Shown here one piece after another: positions 57,224 through 64,000 of a stretch of 64,000 nucleotides of DNA (position 1 is its first letter; each line of letters starts with the position of its first letter). The translations under genes and the position numbers were made by a program. Origin of the DNA: Candidatus Aminicenantia bacterium (GTDB taxonomy: Bacteria; Acidobacteriota; Aminicenantia; UBA2199); NCBI GenBank assembly GCA_965225955.1, contig CBDDBX010000037.1, forward strand, positions 308 through 64,307, given 5' to 3'. The notes below the pieces were generated by a model that did no database searches, was not told the origin of the DNA, and saw nothing but the letters and a program-made list of their open reading frames with translations.

Positions 57224-60214
57224 TCAGAACTGTATTGCTGCTCCAAACCTTACAGATAAGGGGGGAATAAAGTCATACTCTTTGAGAAATCTGGGATCAT
57301 TGGTATTAGATCTGATAAGATCATATATATTATATTTACTCATTATTTCCTGGTTGGTCATAATAACTGAGTTATAAGTCCACTTATTCCATATTCTACG
57401 GGCAATACTGTTGTTTGTAAGGTTGGTAATATTCATGTTAAGACTGATAGTAACGGCCTTAGTGATTCTGAACATCTGTTCAATATAGAGATCAATCTGC
57501 CATACTGGAGGAGTCCGGCCGTCAGTACATCTTCCAAGTGGGTAGTAACTGTTATAACTGTTAAGCTCAATGGATCTTGATACAGGAGTTCCGCTTTTCA
57601 GCATACCGTTGAATCCGATAGTCAGATCTGAATTAAACGTAAAAGCGCCGTAAATTCTCAGATCAACCGGCCTGTCAGTTGGCAGAAGACCTGTTGTTTC
57701 TTTGAGGTTCTGGTCGTAGTGGAGATACCAGGTGTTAAAGTGTGATGAACTATTCGGGTATACCGGGAGATCGGGATCGGTGTCTGCGAGGCCGGAGAAA
57801 TTGCCCCAGAGTCTGCTTAAGTTCAGGGAAATACCTCCAAACCACCCGGAGCTGAATTTTTTGTCAATCTGTAATTTTATCGATGTGTAGTGTCTTTTGG
57901 CAGGTGGACACTTTATACCTTCAGGTACATAGCCGGATTCAGCATATTTCCTGTTTATCCATTCTGATCCCGGATTTCCTATATATCTATGAGGACTGAA
58001 TATATCTGCAACGATTCCTATATCTTCTACAGCATTTATTACACTACTGAACATGAAGCGTATTGAGGCATACAGATTATCTGAGATCATTCTCTGATAT
58101 CCCAGAGTGAACTCCTTTTTTGAGAAAGGCTTAATACCAGGCTGCTTGTAAGCATCTTTTGCCAGAGCACTGTTGTTCAGAATTTCAAGTAGTTCCCCGC
58201 CGAGAACAGGTGAGGTGTCTCCTGTCCAGTTGTAACTCTTCTGGGTAAGATATTTTGTCCAGTCAAAATCTTTGATATTGTATACCGACTCCTGTCTTAT
58301 GCGGCCACCATATCTGGCTATTGATAAATTGAGTTTCATAACGTCATAGTAGATGCCGAAGCTACCGAAGATTTTGTTTCTGCTATCTCCTGCGGGGTCC
58401 CAGGAAAAGCCTATTCTGGGGGCAACTTTGTCGAAGAGGCCAAATGAAAATGCAGTTTTCAGCTTACCGCTGTTAAATGCCGGTAGATGTTCTGTTTCAA
58501 ATCTTAATCCCGCATTAATAGTAAAGTTATTGTTAATAGTCCAGCTGTCCTGAAGGTAAAATGCTATACGATCAGCCTGAGCTTTACCTATATCTCCGTA
58601 CCTGTAACCAACCACATAACCGTAGTCAAGAGGAGTTGAGCTGCCATCAAGTCTGGTGTAAGTGCTGTATCTTCCATCAGGTTGTTTCCAGTAAAACTTC
58701 CAGTATTCTGACATTCTCCCTTTGTTAATATCTTTATAAACTCTGGTCCATGAAATTCCGGTTTTTAAAATATGTTCTTCTTCTGAGTTCAGATTGTATG
58801 TCAGATTGGTGTTGAACTGATACCTTTTTGATTTATCTCTTTGAGAACCATTAGTCTGATAATAATCGATATATCCCGGTAAGTTGTTGAATTTCAGATG
58901 ATCTGAAATGCCAGGAATTGCCATATTGCTTGATACGAAGGTAATAGTTGCTTCTGAAGAGAAACTGTCATATGGTCTGTAACGGTTTCTGCGAAACAGG
59001 CTGCCTGTAATATTCAGAAACAGATTCTCATTTATAAGCCAGTCCATTGTTCCTGCCAGAGAAAGCCCCGGGAATTCATATGAAAATCTCTCCCGCTTGT
59101 TTTCAAGTGGATAGTTGTAGGGGTTACGGATTGCAGGATCACTGAAAGATAGCTTCTCCCAGTTAAAAGAGCCGTTTAATGATAACTTAATGTTTCTGCT
59201 CAGAGTTCCTGTTAGTTTACAGTTACTTCTGAATCCGACGGTTTCACTCCGGGAATATCTTATAATATCTGGTTCAAAATAGTTCTTCTGGGGAGTTTTG
59301 ATATTTGAATATCTGGGAACAAATGTGGCAAAAATGTGGAGTCTGTCTTTTATCAGACTTCCTCCCATGGAGAGCCCGAGATAGGTGTTGAACCATTTAC
59401 TTGCCGGATAGTCATAACTATAATTCACCTCTCTTCCAGATCTTGACTGCAGGAGCTTTTTACGGGTTCCGCTGAGGGCACTGTGTCCCATATCAATAGA
59501 CAAATTTCCATGGAATTCATTGGTTCCGGATTTTGTGATTATTGAAACAATGCCTCCCATTGCACCATCATATTCTGCAGATGAGCCGGAAGATTTAATC
59601 TGAATTTCGTCTATAGCATCATAGTTGATCTGCTGGGCAATTAATCCGGTTTGCAGATCAGTTGTGTTAATTCCATCAACGAAAAATGTGTTCTCTGGTC
59701 CGCTGGCTCCTTCAAATAGTAGTATGCCGTTGCTTGTGGTCATGCCGGACTGACTGATAAGCAGAGATAAAAAATCGTCTTTGTGGGGCAACCTGCTGAA
59801 TACCTCTCTGGGAAGATTAATAGTTGAAGAGCTTGTTTTAACATCAATTACAGATACATTACCTTTAATATCAAGTTCTCCTTTGAGTACATTCTGTTCT
59901 ATTAAGGCTACAAGCTTAAGAGTTTTGCCTGTTTCAAGTTTAATGTCTGAATAGGTAACCTGTTTGAATTTACCAATTTTAAATCTGACAACGTATGTAC
60001 CAGGAGGAAGAACCGGCAACCTGAACTTTCCGCTCTCATCTGATTCTGTTTTTCTCAGCCCCACCAGATTGCTTCCGGTAGCTGTGATTACAGCTCTGTG
60101 AACCGGGTCTCCATTTTCAAATTGTATCAGGCCGGTTATTTCACCAGTCTGTTCCTGAGAATAGCAGAAGTTTGTAATCAGAATCGTAAAAATTATAATT
60201 GCTCTCTTGTACAT
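57224..60214 (-). CDS. Oar-like TonB-dependent receptor, paralog 2
   Basis: Same architecture as paralog 1; identical WYLHYDQNLKETTGLLPTDRP block. Confidence 0.9.
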   Translation of the reverse strand: MYKRAIIIFTILITNFCYSQEQTGEITGLIQFENGDPVHRAVITATGSNLVGLRKTESDESGKFRLPVLPPGTYVVRFKIGKFKQVTYSDIKLETGKTLKLVALIEQNVLKGELDIKGNVSVIDVKTSSSTINLPREVFSRLPHKDDFLSLLISQSGMTTSNGILLFEGASGPENTFFVDGINTTDLQTGLIAQQINYDAIDEIQIKSSGSSAEYDGAMGGIVSIITKSGTNEFHGNLSIDMGHSALSGTRKKLLQSRSGREVNYSYDYPASKWFNTYLGLSMGGSLIKDRLHIFATFVPRYSNIKTPQKNYFEPDIIRYSRSETVGFRSNCKLTGTLSRNIKLSLNGSFNWEKLSFSDPAIRNPYNYPLENKRERFSYEFPGLSLAGTMDWLINENLFLNITGSLFRRNRYRPYDSFSSEATITFVSSNMAIPGISDHLKFNNLPGYIDYYQTNGSQRDKSKRYQFNTNLTYNLNSEEEHILKTGISWTRVYKDINKGRMSEYWKFYWKQPDGRYSTYTRLDGSSTPLDYGYVVGYRYGDIGKAQADRIAFYLQDSWTINNNFTINAGLRFETEHLPAFNSGKLKTAFSFGLFDKVAPRIGFSWDPAGDSRNKIFGSFGIYYDVMKLNLSIARYGGRIRQESVYNIKDFDWTKYLTQKSYNWTGDTSPVLGGELLEILNNSALAKDAYKQPGIKPFSKKEFTLGYQRMISDNLYASIRFMFSSVINAVEDIGIVADIFSPHRYIGNPGSEWINRKYAESGYVPEGIKCPPAKRHYTSIKLQIDKKFSSGWFGGISLNLSRLWGNFSGLADTDPDLPVYPNSSSHFNTWYLHYDQNLKETTGLLPTDRPVDLRIYGAFTFNSDLTIGFNGMLKSGTPVSRSIELNSYNSYYPLGRCTDGRTPPVWQIDLYIEQMFRITKAVTISLNMNITNLTNNSIARRIWNKWTYNSVIMTNQEIMSKYNIYDLIRSNTNDPRFLKEYDFIPPLSVRFGAAIQF

Positions 60215-60421
60215 AAAGGGGCCTCTGGATGATCGGAAGATATTGATGTGTGATATATCATAGTGTATGTACGTGAAAAAATCAAATTATTGGATAGAGG
60301 TGTTGGTGTTTTTGATGCAGTCTACAGCTTTATCTTAAAAAACGCCTTCATGTAAGCCTTACGGGAAGCGTTTCTTTTAATTCCTGTTCTGCTAAAATAT
60401 AGATACAGTCATGGAGGATGA

Positions 60422-61432
60422 ATGGATCTAAAGGTATATTTTTTTTCAGGAACAGGAAATGCAAAGCATTGTGCAGAGTGGATTTCTGAAGAATTTAAAC
60501 TTAAGGGACTACCTGCAGAGGTTATTAATATAGAGGAGATGGAAAAGAGAAAAAATGTTGAAACAGATTCAGATATAATAGGGTTCTGTTATCCTACTCA
60601 TGGTTTTAATCTGCCTCCAGTAATGATGAACTTTATATTGCGCTTTCCATCAGGAGCAGGAGAGTCAGTTTTTCTGCTTAACACCAGAGCTGGAACAAAA
60701 GCCGGAAGATTTCTATTGCCGGGATTGAGCGGGATTGCACTACTCTTTTCTGCAGTAGTACTGAAATGTAAGGGGTACAAAGTGGTGGGAATGAGATCTG
60801 TTGATCTGCCCTCCAACTGGACTGCAGCTCATATAGGGTTAAAAGAGTCCAAAGTTGACACTATCTATAATGTAAGAAAGAGGGAGGTATTGGAATTTGC
60901 CTCAATACTATCTGAAAAGAGAAGCTCTTTTAAATCACTAAAAGATATTCTGCAGGATATTCTTATCTCTCCGGTAGCTCTTATCTATTTTCTTATCGGA
61001 CGCTTTTTTCTGGCTAAAACTCTTGTTGCTGACAGAAGTTGTAGTCGTTGTAATTTATGTGTAAAAATGTGTCCTGTCTCAGCTATAGAAATAATTGATG
61101 AGCGCCCATACTGGACCTGGAAGTGTGAAAGCTGTATGAGGTGTATGAATATCTGTCCTGAACGTTCAGTTCAGGCTACTCACGGTTTTGTGATTTTCAT
61201 GATACTGATACTTAATTTCTTTGTTCTGAAAGGATTAAATGGTATAGCAGTTTTTGATGGGGCTTCACCGATTGTTAGATTTGTAATAAATAATCTGTTC
61301 TTTATATCAGGTATGTTTGCTGGTTATGGGATACTTCACTGGCTGATGAAGATTCCTTTTGTAGAGAAGCTGGTAACAGCAACTTCTCTTACCAGCTATA
61401 AGTTCTGGAAGAGATATAAAGCACCTGAATAG
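60422..61432 (+). CDS. EFR1-family flavodoxin/4Fe-4S ferredoxin protein
   Basis: FSGTGN; CSRCNLCVKMCP and CESCMRCMNICP; C-terminal TM helices. Confidence 0.88.
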   Translation: MDLKVYFFSGTGNAKHCAEWISEEFKLKGLPAEVINIEEMEKRKNVETDSDIIGFCYPTHGFNLPPVMMNFILRFPSGAGESVFLLNTRAGTKAGRFLLPGLSGIALLFSAVVLKCKGYKVVGMRSVDLPSNWTAAHIGLKESKVDTIYNVRKREVLEFASILSEKRSSFKSLKDILQDILISPVALIYFLIGRFFLAKTLVADRSCSRCNLCVKMCPVSAIEIIDERPYWTWKCESCMRCMNICPERSVQATHGFVIFMILILNFFVLKGLNGIAVFDGASPIVRFVINNLFFISGMFAGYGILHWLMKIPFVEKLVTATSLTSYKFWKRYKAPE

Positions 61433-61443
61433 TGTGAAGGACT

Positions 61444-62052
61444 CTATTTGAACAGATAGCGGCACAGCATATCTGTAAGGGACTTAAGGATGCGATTTTC
61501 TTCAATGGGGGATCTGTTAAGTGCTATTGAATGAATTACTTCTTCAAGACAGAGTATAACAATACGTCCTGCCGCCTCTATATCTGTAATTCTCAGCATA
61601 CCCTGTTTTTGTTTCAGTATTCTGACTGTTTCAGAGGTAATACGGTCCATCTCTTTGGCAAAGTGATCTGAAAAGTCGCTATCTTCATCTTTCATTCTGT
61701 TGAATTCTTTGTGAAAATCCGGATTGATTCTATGGGCATCCCTTGAAAAAGTAATTATTTTTTCTATTATTTCTCTACCTTCAGCCCTTTTCCAGTCTGC
61801 ATTTCTGAACAGATCGAGTACCTCTTTGTGAATTTGCCCGGCGTTTATACTAACTATTGTCAGGAATAGATCTTTCTTATCTTTGAAGTAGTTATAGAAT
61901 ATTCCAATAGAAACACCAGCAGCCTTTGCAATCTGTTTGGAACTGGTTTTGTGATAACCGGAAGATGAGAACAGCTCAAGCCCGGCATTAACTATTTTGC
62001 TCTTGGTGGCGATTGCTCTTTCCTGTTGCGGAGTACGTATTTTATCAACCAT
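61444..62052 (-). CDS. TetR/AcrR-family regulator
   Basis: IAKAAGVSIGIFYNYFKDK helix-turn-helix. Confidence 0.92.
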   Translation of the reverse strand: MVDKIRTPQQERAIATKSKIVNAGLELFSSSGYHKTSSKQIAKAAGVSIGIFYNYFKDKKDLFLTIVSINAGQIHKEVLDLFRNADWKRAEGREIIEKIITFSRDAHRINPDFHKEFNRMKDEDSDFSDHFAKEMDRITSETVRILKQKQGMLRITDIEAAGRIVILCLEEVIHSIALNRSPIEENRILKSLTDMLCRYLFK

Positions 62053-62109
62053 TTTTATCTATCCTTTTAAATAATTATATCACATTCTGGCAATGAAATT
62101 ATTTTGTTC

Positions 62110-62159
62110 TTGACAAAGCTGAACCTTGGTTCATATAATGAACCTGAACTAGAGTTCAG
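62110..62159 (+). promoter_or_regulatory. Consensus sigma70 promoter overlapped by two palindromic operators (probably TetR)
   Basis: TTGACA-18-TATAAT; TGAACCTTGGTTCA (62120-62133) and CTGAACTAGAGTTCAG (62144-62159). Confidence 0.8.
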
Positions 62160-62175
62160 TTTTGTGGAGGGTGAA

Positions 62176-64000
62176 ATGAAAAGAAAGAGATACTGGCTTA
62201 TAAGATTCAGGTGGCCGGTTATAATGTTTTTTATAGGTTTTACAGTACTTATGGGAACAGGAATGTCACGGCTTGAGTTTGATCCGGACATTATGAATCA
62301 ACTACCGGAAGATATGCCTGCCAGGTTAAGTACAGACAGAATCGAATCTGTTTTTGGTGGAACAGATATGGCTATGATTCTTGTAGAGGCAGATGATGTA
62401 CTTGAAGAAGGTACTCTCAGAGTTGTTAAGAAGATATCCCGGGCTGTAGAAAGGATAAAGGGTGTTGATAAAGTAATGTCCCTTTTTGAACTGAAAACCA
62501 TTAAGGGAGAAGATGGGGCTATGCTTGTGCACACGGCAGTAGATAAGATACCTCATAATCTGGAAGAGCGGGAAAGAGTAAGAAAAGAGATCAGGGAGAA
62601 TGATCTGGTTTATGGAAGTGTGGTTTCTCATGATTTCAGAGTCACAGGAGTAATTGCTCTGGTTAAGAATGGTACATCTGATAAACATATTGTTGGAAGT
62701 ATGCAGAAAATTATTGATCAATACTCATCTGCTGCAAAACTGTATCATGGTGGGGTTCCTTTTAACCGCATGATGAAATCCATGTATACAAAAGAGGATA
62801 TGTCTAAGCTGATGCCGGCAGGACTTATTGTAATGTTGCTGTTTCTGTATCTATGCTTCCGTCAGCTGAGAGGTGTAGTTCTTCCATTTCTTATTGTTCT
62901 TATGTCTGTAATTGTTGTAATGGGTGCAATGCCTCTTCTTGGATGGAAGATTTCCATGGTGATTATTCTTCTGCCTGTAGTGCTTATTGCAATAGCTAAT
63001 GATTATGGTATTCATATGATTGCAAAAGCCCAGGAAGACAGATCTTCGGATAAGAACTTCTCAAAAGAGGAGATAATCAGAAGAATGGTCACTTCTCTTG
63101 GGAAACCTGTGATTCTTGCAGGAATCACAACTGTTGTCGGTATGCTTTGTCTCATGGGGCATATACTTATTTCTGCAGAACAACTGGGTGTACTTGCTGC
63201 TCTGGGTATAGTTTATGCTCTTTTTGCCAGCCTTCTTTTTATTCCTGCTGTTGTTTCTCTGCTGCCTAAAGGGAGAAAAGTGCTGGGGGGTGAAAATAAG
63301 GCTGGAATGATGGAGAGAATTATGGGGTTTTTCAGCAGGCTTGTTGTAGAGAAACCTGCTAAAATTATAGTAATATCTCTTGTTTTCTCTCTGCTAACTG
63401 CATCTGGAATATTTCTTATTATAGTTGACGCAGACCCAATGAATAATTATGAAAAAGGGCACCCTGTAGTTGAGGTGGCAGATGTAATTAAAGATAATCT
63501 GGGTGGATTTTTTACAATAACAGTGGCGGTTGAAGGAGACGTTAAAAATCCTGAAATACTGAAGAAGATTGATAGTATGGAGAGAAAGTTCCTGAAAATT
63601 GAGGGAGTAAGTCATACTATTTCAATCGCCAGAGTAGTCCGGCAGATGACAAGGGCTCTTTATGAACCGGGGGATGATGGGTATGACGGGATTCCTGAAA
63701 CCAGAGATGCGGTAGCGCAGCTTTTTGAACTCTACTCAATGAATGGAGATCCTGATGATTTTGAGAAGATGGTGGACTTTGATTTCAGAAATGCTCTTAT
63801 AAATCTGAGAATAGATACTACCAGCACTCCGGTAATTAAGAAAATTCTTAAGGAAGTTGATTCTATAGTAAAGGACAATCCTGCTATTAAATATATAGGT
63901 GGAACCGGCAGAATATTTGAGGAAGTCTCTTCAAAAGTTATTCATGGCCAACTTATATCTCTGGGATTGGCGGTAGTAGTTGTAGGACTTTTGCTAATGC
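62176..64000 (+). CDS. MMPL/RND-family transporter, partial (runs off the window end)
   Basis: ATG after GGAGG; open frame with IAIANDYGIH, AGITTVVGMLCL and several TM helices; absent from the ORF track because it has no stop. Confidence 0.85.
   Translation, partial: MKRKRYWLIRFRWPVIMFFIGFTVLMGTGMSRLEFDPDIMNQLPEDMPARLSTDRIESVFGGTDMAMILVEADDVLEEGTLRVVKKISRAVERIKGVDKVMSLFELKTIKGEDGAMLVHTAVDKIPHNLEERERVRKEIRENDLVYGSVVSHDFRVTGVIALVKNGTSDKHIVGSMQKIIDQYSSAAKLYHGGVPFNRMMKSMYTKEDMSKLMPAGLIVMLLFLYLCFRQLRGVVLPFLIVLMSVIVVMGAMPLLGWKISMVIILLPVVLIAIANDYGIHMIAKAQEDRSSDKNFSKEEIIRRMVTSLGKPVILAGITTVVGMLCLMGHILISAEQLGVLAALGIVYALFASLLFIPAVVSLLPKGRKVLGGENKAGMMERIMGFFSRLVVEKPAKIIVISLVFSLLTASGIFLIIVDADPMNNYEKGHPVVEVADVIKDNLGGFFTITVAVEGDVKNPEILKKIDSMERKFLKIEGVSHTISIARVVRQMTRALYEPGDDGYDGIPETRDAVAQLFELYSMNGDPDDFEKMVDFDFRNALINLRIDTTSTPVIKKILKEVDSIVKDNPAIKYIGGTGRIFEEVSSKVIHGQLISLGLAVVVVGLLLM

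Noticed and set aside
1-64000. tRNA or rRNA genes
   Set aside because: No cloverleaf or rRNA signatures were recognised by eye; tRNAscan-SE and barrnap would be needed to exclude them formally.

Overview
AT-rich bacterial window from a diderm. Oar-like TonB receptors, a PadR/orphan permease pair and several GxGPGE beta-propellers suggest an Acidobacteriota/Aminicenantia-like lineage (inference only). Part 1 (0.6-19.6 kb) is one translationally coupled operon behind two tandem cobalamin riboswitches. It encodes a TonB receptor, HmuT/U/V-like membrane proteins, a membrane-anchored CobN/HmuS-like protein, the anaerobic corrin-ring genes cbiC-D-E-T-L-F-G-H-J, a signal-peptide-bearing CbiK fused to a periplasmic binding domain, and an ABC permease and ATPase. 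Part 2 (19.7-28.5 kb) has tandem erythromycin-esterase-family lipoproteins, a GT4, LysE and PadR plus an orphan permease. Part 3 (28.5-42.4 kb) is an accessory island built of gene blocks separated by mosaic REP-like repeats. It holds two RelBE-type pairs, a frameshifted Fic, a KAP NTPase, STAS-like + PIN, and two independent copies of a three-gene module (secreted Cys-rich peptide + membrane-anchored CxxC redoxin-like protein + 6-bladed beta-propeller). Part 4 (42.4-64 kb) has ettA, serine dehydratase, a radical SAM protein, an ECF sigma/anti-sigma operon, two paralogous TonB receptors (one with a sigma54 promoter), an EFR1 ferredoxin, TetR and a partial MMPL/RND gene. The best candidates for undescribed systems are the peptide-redoxin-propeller module with its repeat-bounded cassette architecture, and a possible periplasmic tetrapyrrole metal-swap route into B12 synthesis. 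All assignments come from reading motifs by eye; no database searches were run.
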